From Desulfobaccales bacterium (lineage in GTDB: Bacteria; Desulfobacterota; Desulfobaccia; Desulfobaccales; 0-14-0-80-60-11), in contig JBAVAG010000118.1 of the NCBI GenBank assembly GCA_049585595.1, positions 1,889 to 65,888 of the forward strand: 64,000 nucleotides of DNA. The letters run 5' to 3'. The notes under the pieces were generated by a model. The model did not search any database and was not told where the DNA came from. It was given only the letters and a program-made list of their open reading frames with translations. Numbering within the stretch: position 1 is the first letter of the stretch; every line of letters starts with the position of its first letter. Positions 7,023 through 15,328 of the stretch are shown piece after piece. The position numbers and the translations under genes are program-made.

Positions 7023-9434
7023 CTAGCCGGCGACTTGCCGGTGGTCGGCACTCCCTTCATACATCTTCCAGGAGGCCTGGAAGGCCGCGGTAAAGGAGCG
7101 CTGCTTGACATGATCCCGAGCCGCCTGCCCCATTTCTCTCAACCTCTCCGGATCGGCCACCAGCAGATTGATGGCCTTGAAGAGCCCTTCCTCATCATTG
7201 GCCGGAACTATGACGCCGGTTTCCCCATCGATGACGTTCTCCTGTGGCCCCCCGGAATCGGTGACCACGACCGGAATGCCCGAAGCCTGCGCTTCCAGGA
7301 CCACATTGCCGAAGGTGTCGGTGGTGCTGGGGAAGACAAACAGGTCACAGGAGGCGTAGACCTGAGCCAGGTCCTCCCCTGCCAGATAGCCGGTAAAGGC
7401 GCAAGAGGGGCCCGCCAGCGCCCGCCGCATCTCTGTCAGATAGGGTCCGTCTCCCACGACGATCAATTTGAGCTCCGGGTGGCTGGGTAACAAGGTTTTG
7501 AAGACCTTGGCCAGGAGCGGCAAATTCTTCTCTTTGGATATCCGGCCCACGTAAAGGAGCTTCACCCCCTTCTTGATCTGATAGCACTTTTCCAACACCC
7601 CGTTGCGTTTGGCCGGATGGAACCGCTCGACATCCACTCCCCTGGGAAAGAGGCGGATCTTCTCCGGGTCGATCCCCTTCTGGTGCAATTCTTCAGCGGT
7701 GCTGCCGGAGGGCACAAAGACGAGATCCATCTGATTGTAAAACCAGATGATGTACTTCCACATCATCTCTTCCATAGCGGCATCACCCGTTAAATATTGA
7801 GTATATTGGGGCAGGGCGGTGTGATAAGTGCCCCAGATCGGCACCCTGAGCAGACGGGCCACCCCCAAGGCCGTAAGTCCCATGGGGCCCGGAGTGGCGG
7901 TCTTGATATGGGTAAAGTTCTGCTCATAACAATAGTTGAGGATTTGAAACAGAGGCGGATGGAAGAGTTTCTGTTCGGGGTATTCCGGTAACTGCAAGAC
8001 CCCGACGGGAGCGAAATTGCGAACCCCCGGCAGTTGCGGATGGGCCCCGGAATCGCAGGTGATAATGGTGTATCTCTTGTTGGCCCTGACCGCGGCCTCA
8101 GCCTGGCGCCGGAGAGTGAGTCCCACTCCGTTGACCTCATAAAAGGTGTCGGTAAAGTGCGCCAGGTTGAGTCCATTCTCTCGATTCTCAGGGCACTCAG
8201 AGGTGCGCCCCGAAAAACTTCGCAGGATTTCCGATCCGAGGCTCCGGTCCTTGGAGAAGGAAGAGAAGGCCGCCAGATAAGGAGTCAACCCCAGATAGAT
8301 CATCCCGGAAGACATGAGGGAATTAATCAAACCAAGGAAATTGGCCCCCCCCACCGCCTCGCGGAAATGTTCATGAAAGTGCTTCAAGATGGTGGTGGAG
8401 ATGTCATTGAGTATCTGGAACCACTGCATCCCGGGGCGGGTCGGCGACTTCTGCGGAGCCTTGATGGCTTCATTGACGATTAGAGACAGGAGTGGGTCGG
8501 TTTGGCTGCTTCTCGTGGAACTCCTGAAAAAATATTTAATCTTGTCCCGGTAATACTGATAGCGGGTGGGGATATGTTTAGGTTCTGAGCTGGTCTGCAG
8601 GAATCTTTCGAAAAAATTGATGAATAAGCTGGAACCGGCATACTTTCCCAGGTCGTATTTCTTTCTATAGAACTGATAAGCGATGCTATAGAGATTGTAA
8701 CCGAGCGTTATGGGCGTGGAGGCCTCCCCCTGGGGCCTGGCCTGGCCGACCTGGAGGCCGTGAAAGAAATGCTTTAAGGATCTGGCCCCCTCCACCCGGG
8801 TATACATCCGGGCAATGTTGAGAGAACTATGGTCATCGGAACCGCCGGTAAGATTCTTCTGCCAGGGGTTATGCATGCTGGGCGTGATGCCATACTTATC
8901 AGCCAATGCGTCCAGGTATTTCGGGGTGAGTTGGGACAACATGGCCTTGAGCCCTTCGTTCAAATGGCTATCCCTAGCCCCGTTCAGTTCGAAATTTTTG
9001 AAGAGCAGCAGAAATTTATCGAAATGGACCGGAGTCAAGCGATCGTTGACAGACCAAAAGGGATGGGCCAGAACGTGAGGGATCTGATTTTCTTCCAGAT
9101 AATGCACGAGGTCATAGATATTTTCCCTGGCCTGCTGCAGGTCTAGATGTTGTTTCTCATTAATATCGTAAACCAGGACGTGGGCCTTGCAGCGGTCCTC
9201 CGGGAAATAGGCGGTCAGTTCCTCGCTGATAAAGGTGTCGGGGTAGCCGGCGATTTCCAGGGAGCCGTCAATGACATTGTGGTCCGTAATGGTTACCCGG
9301 GACATGCCCAGCTTTTTGGCAAGGCGGTAGAGGGTCTGGGGCTCCGTATAACACTCCTGGCAGCCCAACTTTTGCAACACCCATTGGGAGGGTCGAGTGG
9401 AGTATTTGGAGTGTACGTGCAGATCGATCTTCAT
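7023..9434 (-). CDS. PHP-domain phosphoesterase fused to a GT4-family glycosyltransferase (803 aa)
   Basis: The N-terminus MKIDLHVHSKYSTRPS...ITDHNVIDG...HVLAHPF is PHP-type. The C-terminus KLLYVGRISKEKN...FVFPSTTDTFGNVVLEAQASGIPVVVTDSGGPQE is GT1/GT4-type with an EX7E region. Confidence 0.8.
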   Translation of the reverse strand: MKIDLHVHSKYSTRPSQWVLQKLGCQECYTEPQTLYRLAKKLGMSRVTITDHNVIDGSLEIAGYPDTFISEELTAYFPEDRCKAHVLVYDINEKQHLDLQQARENIYDLVHYLEENQIPHVLAHPFWSVNDRLTPVHFDKFLLLFKNFELNGARDSHLNEGLKAMLSQLTPKYLDALADKYGITPSMHNPWQKNLTGGSDDHSSLNIARMYTRVEGARSLKHFFHGLQVGQARPQGEASTPITLGYNLYSIAYQFYRKKYDLGKYAGSSLFINFFERFLQTSSEPKHIPTRYQYYRDKIKYFFRSSTRSSQTDPLLSLIVNEAIKAPQKSPTRPGMQWFQILNDISTTILKHFHEHFREAVGGANFLGLINSLMSSGMIYLGLTPYLAAFSSFSKDRSLGSEILRSFSGRTSECPENRENGLNLAHFTDTFYEVNGVGLTLRRQAEAAVRANKRYTIITCDSGAHPQLPGVRNFAPVGVLQLPEYPEQKLFHPPLFQILNYCYEQNFTHIKTATPGPMGLTALGVARLLRVPIWGTYHTALPQYTQYLTGDAAMEEMMWKYIIWFYNQMDLVFVPSGSTAEELHQKGIDPEKIRLFPRGVDVERFHPAKRNGVLEKCYQIKKGVKLLYVGRISKEKNLPLLAKVFKTLLPSHPELKLIVVGDGPYLTEMRRALAGPSCAFTGYLAGEDLAQVYASCDLFVFPSTTDTFGNVVLEAQASGIPVVVTDSGGPQENVIDGETGVIVPANDEEGLFKAINLLVADPERLREMGQAARDHVKQRSFTAAFQASWKMYEGSADHRQVAG

Positions 9435-9457
9435 AGTTCCCCCCTTTCTTTAATGGA

Positions 9458-10144
9458 TTAAGCGATTAAGACCGTCTCTCCGGCCCGGACTTTATCGCCC
9501 GGCCGGACCAGGATGCTCATCTCTGGCAGGAATGGCGCCACCAGGTCCACTTGCGAGCCGATGCGGATCATGCCGAAGACTTCACCCTTAGTTACCTGCT
9601 CCCCCGGGTTGACATAACTATCGATGCCTTTCACACTCTTCCCGGCGATTTGCACGACATAATAAGAGAGCGCCTCTCCCTTGAATCTGCCCTCCATATT
9701 GGTCACCACTCGTTCATTGTGGATAATGTGCCTCGAATTCTCATAAAAGGGGGCCCGCTTAAGCAGGGTCCGCCAATGCATGGGAGCCATGCAAAAATTC
9801 TTCACTATGGCTGGGTAGTGCCTGATAAAGTTGACCTTCCCGGGGAGCGGGGCCCGGTTGTAGTGGACATTGAAGGGGCTCATAAAGATGCCGATCAGGA
9901 TTTTGGGAGAGGGCAGGTCTTCTTTAACTATGTCGGTGAGAGTCGCCGACAGCCCCTGCTTGATTATTATTACCTCCTGCCGGGGGGCCACCCTGGTGAC
10001 ATAGACTACGGTGCCGTCGGCGGGACTGACCAGGGTCTCTCCCGGCGGCGGTACCCGCGGGGGGTTGCGAAAAAACCAGATGTAGCGCCAATATAGATAG
10101 CCCGTCAGTGTGGCAGTCAGGAGGGATATGGTTGGGAGGATCAA
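9458..10144 (-). CDS. psd: Phosphatidylserine decarboxylase family protein (short, archaeal-type)
   Basis: It has an N-terminal TM segment, FMSPFNVHYNRAP, and a GS self-cleavage-type motif in MIRIGSQVDLV. The TTG start overlaps the upstream stop (TTGA). Confidence 0.75.
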   Translation of the reverse strand: MILPTISLLTATLTGYLYWRYIWFFRNPPRVPPPGETLVSPADGTVVYVTRVAPRQEVIIIKQGLSATLTDIVKEDLPSPKILIGIFMSPFNVHYNRAPLPGKVNFIRHYPAIVKNFCMAPMHWRTLLKRAPFYENSRHIIHNERVVTNMEGRFKGEALSYYVVQIAGKSVKGIDSYVNPGEQVTKGEVFGMIRIGSQVDLVAPFLPEMSILVRPGDKVRAGETVLIA

Positions 10145-10836
10145 TGGAGCCTCTTCCAGGCGGAGGGGTCCACAACCCGGACCAGGGCGACGCCCGAGGA
10201 GAAGGGAAAATCGATCACCTCAAAGGAGGCCTCCTCCCGCTTGACGAATTTCAACCATTTCTTCACCCCCGCGTGCTTGACCAATTCCCTGAGGTAGATA
10301 TTGGTGTCGTGCAGAAAGATATAGGTATTCTTATGCGACTGCTCCAAGACCTTGATGAAATCGTATTTCACGTCTTTGTAGGCATGGCTGCCGTCTATGA
10401 AGGCCAGATTTAGGGGAGGCAATTTTAAATCCTGGAAACTGGGAAAAAACTCATCGCTGCGCATCTTATAATGAGTGATCAGGTTTTCTACGCCGAAGCG
10501 CCCGAAATGCGCTTTAACATGAGACTCATCGGTCCAGACGCCCCGTCCGCCTACGGTCATGAGGGGCCCATTCTTTAATAAAGAATAGGCCGGGTCGACA
10601 AAACTCAACCTGCCCCGGCCGTTGTCCTTTAGACCCAAGGCCAGACAAACAACGCTGAAGCCATATCCTGACCCTATCACTAAGACATGATCCGGTCTTA
10701 GGGCCCTGACTACCCCATAATACATAAAGCCGAACCCTAGGTTCAGTTCCCTGGTCTTTTCGTTGTGGCCAAAAGGCTTGGCAACTTTTAGGATATCCTT
10801 AAGAAGATCAGTACTTAAGCTAAAATCTCCCATCAT
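10141..10836 (-). CDS. Class I SAM-dependent methyltransferase (Methyltransf_24-like)
   Basis: VLVIGSGYGFSVVCLALGL (glycine-rich SAM loop) and AFIDGSHAYKDVKYDF. AGGAGGG lies upstream of ATGATG. Confidence 0.7.
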   Translation of the reverse strand: MMGDFSLSTDLLKDILKVAKPFGHNEKTRELNLGFGFMYYGVVRALRPDHVLVIGSGYGFSVVCLALGLKDNGRGRLSFVDPAYSLLKNGPLMTVGGRGVWTDESHVKAHFGRFGVENLITHYKMRSDEFFPSFQDLKLPPLNLAFIDGSHAYKDVKYDFIKVLEQSHKNTYIFLHDTNIYLRELVKHAGVKKWLKFVKREEASFEVIDFPFSSGVALVRVVDPSAWKRLH

Positions 10837-10872
10837 TGGACCCTCCTAAATTATTTTGAGATGATGTAACTA

Positions 10873-10887
10873 TGCACAAATTGTGCA
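10873..10887. promoter_or_regulatory. Perfect 15-bp palindrome TGCACAAATTGTGCA upstream of the methyltransferase operon (operator candidate)
   Basis: Seen directly, about 40-50 nt upstream of the ATG at 10836. A related GTGCAAATTGCGCA lies at 10896-10909. Confidence 0.4.
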
Positions 10888-10941
10888 ATTACAGGTGCAA
10901 ATTGCGCAATTACTATCGCACTTACATTACTATCTTATTGC

Positions 10942-10957
10942 AATTTGGTTAATTTTG
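10942..10957. promoter_or_regulatory. 16-nt motif AATTTGGTTAATTTTG (copy 1)
   Basis: It is identical to 13268-13283. Shorter TTTGGTTAA cores occur at 11526-11534, 15304-15312 (reverse complement) and 4962-4970 (reverse complement). Confidence 0.4.
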
Positions 10958-11122
10958 AGTTAATTCCAACTTGTCCAAAAAATATCACAAGTAAACGTAT
11001 TGCCTGAGTGGCAAGACCGCCTATAATTAAATCTCTTTGAGGGGATGATAAAGGGAGAACCGGGTGGGGCCACCGCTTAAATCTGAAGGAAAGGGAAGAA
11101 GGGGGAGGGAAAACCGTGAAAG

Positions 11123-11473
11123 TTAAACTGAATTCGCTTGAGCCGCATCCGGCAGGCCGCCCAGAATCACCTCACGGACAATTTCTGCCGCTTCCTTGCG
11201 CGAGGCCTCCAGGCAGTCTTGCCCTTGGGGAGTAAGCTCATAATATTTGCGAGCCCGCCCCTTGAAGACCCTGATGTGGCAGCGCATGAGGTTGGCCTTT
11301 TCCATGCTATGGAGCATAGGGTACAGGCTGCCCGGGCTGATGGCGTAACCCAGGCTGTGGAAATACTTACTCAGCCGGCCGCCGTAAACCGGCCCCAGAC
11401 TCGCCTGGTGCAGGACAATGAGTTTCACCATACCCTGCCAGAAGGCCTGGGAGATTTGTCTTTGAAAATTCAT
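11123..11473 (-). CDS. PadR-family transcriptional regulator
   Basis: LIVLHQASLGPVYGGRLSKYFHSLGYAISPGSLYPMLHSMEKANLM...KYYELTPQG is a winged-helix PadR signature. Confidence 0.85.
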   Translation of the reverse strand: MNFQRQISQAFWQGMVKLIVLHQASLGPVYGGRLSKYFHSLGYAISPGSLYPMLHSMEKANLMRCHIRVFKGRARKYYELTPQGQDCLEASRKEAAEIVREVILGGLPDAAQANSV

Positions 11474-11590
11474 ATATCGAATATTGATATATACCTGTTA
11501 GAAAATCATTAAGGTCTCATTGATTTTTGGTTAAAGAATCACTAAAGTTAGTTTTTCAAATTGTGCCTTTGCAAAGGAGGTAGGTGTGCC

Positions 11591-11896
11591 ATGGCTGTTA
11601 TGGATAATGGTCTGAAGGGCGCAGTTCCCAGTATTCTGGTGGTGTTGGGGGTGGCCCTGGCGGCCCCCATCGTTCTTCCCGCCGTGGCGGCGGTGTCCCG
11701 CCCGCTGGCCAAGACCCTGATCAGAGGCTATCTGACCTTGTCGGATATGGCCAAGGAGTTCGCGGCCGAGGCCGGGGAGCAGATCAGCGACCTGATGGCC
11801 GAGGTCCAGTCCGAACGCGCGGCAACCGCCACCGCCGAGGCGGCAGCCGCCACAGTGGAAGCGGTGGCCAAAACCAAAGTTAAACCAGGCAGTTGA
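11591..11896 (+). CDS. Small membrane protein, DUF5132-like (N-terminal TM helix plus Ala/Glu-rich helix)
   Basis: ATG at 11591 follows AAGGAGG. Product is MAVMDNGLKGAVPSILVVLGVALAAPIVLPAVAAVSRPLAKTLIRGYLTLSDMAKEFAAEAGEQISDLMAEV... The family name is from memory and needs HMM confirmation. Confidence 0.6.
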   Translation: MAVMDNGLKGAVPSILVVLGVALAAPIVLPAVAAVSRPLAKTLIRGYLTLSDMAKEFAAEAGEQISDLMAEVQSERAATATAEAAAATVEAVAKTKVKPGS

Positions 11897-11913
11897 CCAT
11901 TCCGGGAGAGAGA

Positions 11914-12486
11914 ATGGAACTCGAGGGCTTCAAAGTCGTCCATGCCCTGCCGGGGCGGGTGCGTCTCCAGGTCGCCAAGTTTAAGGGAAACCCGGCCCTG
12001 GCCCGCCAGGCTCAGGGAAAGCTCGCCAAGGTGCCGGGCATCACGCAGGTCGAGGCTAAACCAGGAACCGGGAGCCTGTTGATCCACTACGACCAGGACA
12101 AATTACTCTCCACGGCCTCCCTGGAAATCCTATCTGGGACCTTGGGGGAAATCTTTCCCGAAATCGAAGTCCTCACCCTGGCCACCGGGTTAGCCTCTCT
12201 GGCGGAGAATCCCGGCGCCGGGACCGGCTCGCCGGTGGCCGCCAGCCTGACCGGTTCCCTTAAGGCCGCCAATACCCGGCTGGCCAAACTTACCGGGGGG
12301 CTGGACCTGAAGCTCCTGCTGCCGCTCACCCTGATCTTCTTCGGCTTACGCAGGCTTTGGGCCGCCGACAAGGTCGCTTCCCCTTCCTGGTTCGACTATC
12401 TCTGGTTTGGCTTTGCCAGCTTTGTCATGCTGAACCGCGGCCTGGTGGAAGGCGGTACTGAGACCACAGCGGCAAAGAAAGACTGA
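11914..12486 (+). CDS. Cysteine-less HMA-like (HMA_2-type) domain protein with a C-terminal hydrophobic region
   Basis: MELEGFKVVHALPGRVRLQVAKFKGNPALARQAQGKLAKVPGITQVEAKPGTGSLLIHYDQ..., then LDLKLLLPLTLIFFGL and WFDYLWFGFASFVMLN hydrophobic segments. Confidence 0.65.
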   Translation: MELEGFKVVHALPGRVRLQVAKFKGNPALARQAQGKLAKVPGITQVEAKPGTGSLLIHYDQDKLLSTASLEILSGTLGEIFPEIEVLTLATGLASLAENPGAGTGSPVAASLTGSLKAANTRLAKLTGGLDLKLLLPLTLIFFGLRRLWAADKVASPSWFDYLWFGFASFVMLNRGLVEGGTETTAAKKD

Positions 12487-12682
12487 TTGGGACAGGTTAA
12501 GTTTCTTGGGGAAGGATTACCGGCAGGAGCTGAAAGGGGTAAAGAGTAGAGATGAGCCCAGGAAACGGGCTTTTGGCTAGGGTCATTGAGGGTGGCGGCG
12601 CCTGGGTCTCACCTTTTCAGAGGAAAATGGAGGAAAAAGCCCCCCCGGCGCCCATTTGCACTCCGTAAATTCTGTTGGCGCC

Positions 12683-12796
12683 TCAGGGATATTCGAGATA
12701 TTCGGCGCCACAATTACGGCATTTAATTTCCATCAACCAATAACGTCCCCAGAAACCCAGGGCCACCCCGATAATCAGGCTGATCACATACCACAT
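12683..12796 (-). CDS. Unannotated 37-aa peptide: one TM helix plus a CxxC
   Basis: AGGAGG lies 6 nt upstream of the ATG at 12796, which is 22 nt after the stop of the upstream HMA-like gene. Product is MWYVISLIIGVALGFWGRYWLMEIKCRNCGAEYLEYP. Confidence 0.5.
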   Translation of the reverse strand: MWYVISLIIGVALGFWGRYWLMEIKCRNCGAEYLEYP

Positions 12797-12818
12797 GATT
12801 TCCCTCCTGCGGGGCTGC

Positions 12819-13190
12819 TCAAATCAGGCCTCCGACCAACCGGCTCAGAGCGACCTCCATCAAGGTGGCGGCCACGACCGAGGTCACTTTTTCCACCATC
12901 CCCTGCGGAGCAGATTGGGGGCTCGCAGTGCCGCTGGCCAGCGGACCGGCATGAGATAAATACCCCGATTCCCTTAATGATAAGATGATGCGCCACTGGT
13001 CGATGCAGTGGGGATTGTAAAGGACCAAGACGTTGCCGGTGGTGGGATTGGCGGAAACGGATTCGATGCCGGCAAATTGCTGCAGGTGCTGCTCAAGTTC
13101 CTGGGCCTGGTCGGCCGCCCCCTTAATCCTCGGAATCTTGATCCGCAACCTCCCTGCCAGGGCGTGTACGTAAGCTGAATCCACGTGCAT
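12819..13190 (-). CDS. Cysteine-less HMA-like domain protein with a hydrophobic C-terminal tail
   Basis: MHVDSAYVHALAGRLRIKIPRIKGAADQAQELEQHLQQFAGIESVSANPTTGNVLVLYNP..., followed by the VTSVVAATLMEVALSRLVGGLI tail. Confidence 0.65.
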   Translation of the reverse strand: MHVDSAYVHALAGRLRIKIPRIKGAADQAQELEQHLQQFAGIESVSANPTTGNVLVLYNPHCIDQWRIILSLRESGYLSHAGPLASGTASPQSAPQGMVEKVTSVVAATLMEVALSRLVGGLI

Positions 13191-13267
13191 GGCAACCTCC
13201 GATTTAGCAAGTGTTTTGAGTTGAATTGTTACCCATGAAAGTTTCGATTTAATATTTTTAATGTTAG

Positions 13268-13283
13268 AATTTGGTTAATTTTG
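13268..13283. promoter_or_regulatory. 16-nt motif AATTTGGTTAATTTTG (copy 2)
   Basis: It is identical to 10942-10957. It lies in the divergent region between the HMA-like gene (start 13190) and phoH2 (start 13415). Confidence 0.4.
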
Positions 13284-13414
13284 TCTAATCCCTTAAACTA
13301 TCAGGACAATTATCATTTAGCCGCGCAGCTTCTCCTATGGGAAAAACCCTTCCCAAAATACCCGGAATATGGCAAAATAGCAGCGAATGAGTCAATAGAT
13401 GTCAGAGGGGGCAA

Positions 13415-14716
13415 ATGAAAAAAATCTATGTTTTGGATACCAACGTTTTATTGCACGATCCGGAATCCTTATTTGCTTTCGAAGACAACTCCATTGTTTT
13501 GCCGCTTTCAGTGATAGAGGAATTAGACCGCACTAAGAGGAGGGGTGATGAGGTGGGCAGAAATGCCCGGGAGGTTTCCAGAAGATTGGATGAATTGAGG
13601 TTGACAGGCCGCCTGGCGGAAGGGGTCCAACTCCCGGGAGGGGGCACCATCCGCATTGAATTAAACGGCACTAAATCATACGACCCGTTGAACGGGGTCG
13701 ATTTAAACATCATTGACAATAAAATCCTGGCCCTGGCCTATCATCTAAAGAGCAATGGAAATAACCCGCTGGTTTTGGTTACCAAAGATCTAAATCTGAG
13801 GATCAAGGCAGATGTCCTGGGGATTCCCACTGAAGATTTTTACAGCGATAAAGTAGATTATTGTAGGTTATATAACGGAGTTCAGGAATCATTTCTTGCT
13901 CAAGCTGAAATAGACCGGTTTTATCAGGATGGTTCGCTCGACTCCGCCCAGAATGGCCTTCATCCCAACCAATTCTGTATCATCAAATCCAGTGAAATTC
14001 CCTCCATTTCCGCCCTGGCCAAATACTGTGATAATAAAATCCATAAGCTCTCATATGACGGTAAGGCGGCTTATGGCATCAAAGCCTTGAATAAAGAACA
14101 GAGATTTGCCCTGGAACTGCTGCTGGATGATCAAATCAAGATCGTTACCTTAGTCGGCAAGGCCGGGACCGGGAAGACCATCCTGGCGTTGGCCGCCGGG
14201 CTGGAACGAGTCTTTGAGGATAACAGCAGATTTAACCGCCTCCTCATCACCAGGCCCATTGTGCCCTTGGGCAATGACCTGGGCTATCTTCCCGGGGATA
14301 AGGAAGACAAGATTCGCCCCTGGATGCAGCCCATATATGATAACTTGGAGTATCTCTGCAACGAGCATATCCGGTCCAACGGCTCCACCGAGTATTTGCT
14401 CAGCAGCGGTAAGATTGAATTGGAGGCCCTGACTTATATCCGGGGCCGCAGCATCCCTCGCCAGTTCATTATTTGCGATGAAAGCCAGAATCTCAGCCCC
14501 CATGTGATCAAAACCATCCTTACCCGGGTGGGCCGGGGCAGCAAGATCGTCTTCACCGGAGACCCGGAACAGATCGATCACCCGTATCTGGACGCTTCTT
14601 CCAATGGCTTGAGTTATTTGGTGGAGAAGATTAAAGACGAGAAGATTTCCGGCCACATAACCTTGATAAAGGGAGAAAGGTCCGGGGTCGCTGAATTGGG
14701 GGCTAGATTATTATGA
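13415..14716 (+). CDS. PhoH2-type protein (N-terminal PIN domain plus PhoH ATPase)
   Basis: YVLDTNVLLHDP...VIEELD is PIN-type. VTLVGKAGTGKTILAL (Walker A) and FIICDESQN (Walker B) are PhoH-type. The gene is visibly lower in GC than its neighbours. Confidence 0.85.
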   Translation: MKKIYVLDTNVLLHDPESLFAFEDNSIVLPLSVIEELDRTKRRGDEVGRNAREVSRRLDELRLTGRLAEGVQLPGGGTIRIELNGTKSYDPLNGVDLNIIDNKILALAYHLKSNGNNPLVLVTKDLNLRIKADVLGIPTEDFYSDKVDYCRLYNGVQESFLAQAEIDRFYQDGSLDSAQNGLHPNQFCIIKSSEIPSISALAKYCDNKIHKLSYDGKAAYGIKALNKEQRFALELLLDDQIKIVTLVGKAGTGKTILALAAGLERVFEDNSRFNRLLITRPIVPLGNDLGYLPGDKEDKIRPWMQPIYDNLEYLCNEHIRSNGSTEYLLSSGKIELEALTYIRGRSIPRQFIICDESQNLSPHVIKTILTRVGRGSKIVFTGDPEQIDHPYLDASSNGLSYLVEKIKDEKISGHITLIKGERSGVAELGARLL

Positions 14717-14814
14717 TTGGCAGTTGGAAATTCATTGTTCACTTTCCCTACTGGCTTTTCAGTGGAAGTTGCTCCCGCCAGCATCGTTTGGCGATATATA
14801 TCGTCACCCCACCG

Positions 14815-14842
14815 TTGTATGCCTTCCCATAACCTCTATAAT
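14815..14842 (+). promoter_or_regulatory. Sigma70-like promoter candidate for the HMA-like / repeat protein / ATPase operon
   Basis: TTGTAT (14815-14820), a 16-nt spacer, then TATAAT (14837-14842), about 75 nt upstream of the start at 14917. Confidence 0.35.
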
Positions 14843-14916
14843 ATCTAGACTTTACTTGGGTCATAACTATCCTTTCATTATCCCCAGGGTGACAGCTCTC
14901 CAAAAAGGGGAAGGAC

Positions 14917-15204
14917 TTGCAGGACATCGAGATCATCGCCTCCCGGCCGGGCCAGCTCAGTCTGACCATAATCCGGGTTAAGGGCAATGAAGTCCTGGCG
15001 CGGGAGGTGCAGGACCGCTTGGGGGCTATCAGAGGGATTCACCAGGTGGAAGCGGACGCCGTCCAGGGACTGGTGTCCATCGACTACGACAGACAGCGGT
15101 TATCCTCCGTCAGTTTTCTGCTGCAATTAAAGGAGACCTTTTCCTCCCTATTTCCGGAAATCAGCGTAACTCAACTGGCTGCCACGATAAGCCGCAGTCT
15201 GTGA
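14917..15204 (+). CDS. Stand-alone cysteine-less HMA-like domain protein (95 aa, no TM)
   Basis: The TTG start follows GGGGAAGGA. Product is MQDIEIIASRPGQLSLTIIRVKGNEVLAREVQDRLGAIRGIHQVEADAVQGLVSIDYDRQ... Confidence 0.55.
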   Translation: MQDIEIIASRPGQLSLTIIRVKGNEVLAREVQDRLGAIRGIHQVEADAVQGLVSIDYDRQRLSSVSFLLQLKETFSSLFPEISVTQLAATISRSL

Positions 15205-15328
15205 AAGCCTTCCCTGAAGCCCGCCAAGGGGAGGTCCTGCCGGCTCATTGCCGGAGTGGCATCACAGACCTGGAAATGTTTGCTTTAAATTACTACCTTG
15301 AAGTTAACCAAAATTTTTGGAGGTCCAT

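Noticed and set aside
10877-10886. The 10-mer CAAATTGTGC shared between 10877-10886 and 11557-11566 as a common operator.
   Set aside because: A 10-nt match is expected many times by chance in 64 kb. I kept only the full 15-bp palindrome as a feature.
4885-11100. A tRNA-Pro-targeted integrative island covering the gene-poor stretch and the lipid operon.
   Set aside because: No integrase or recombinase gene is present. I could not find a direct repeat of the tRNA 3' end downstream.
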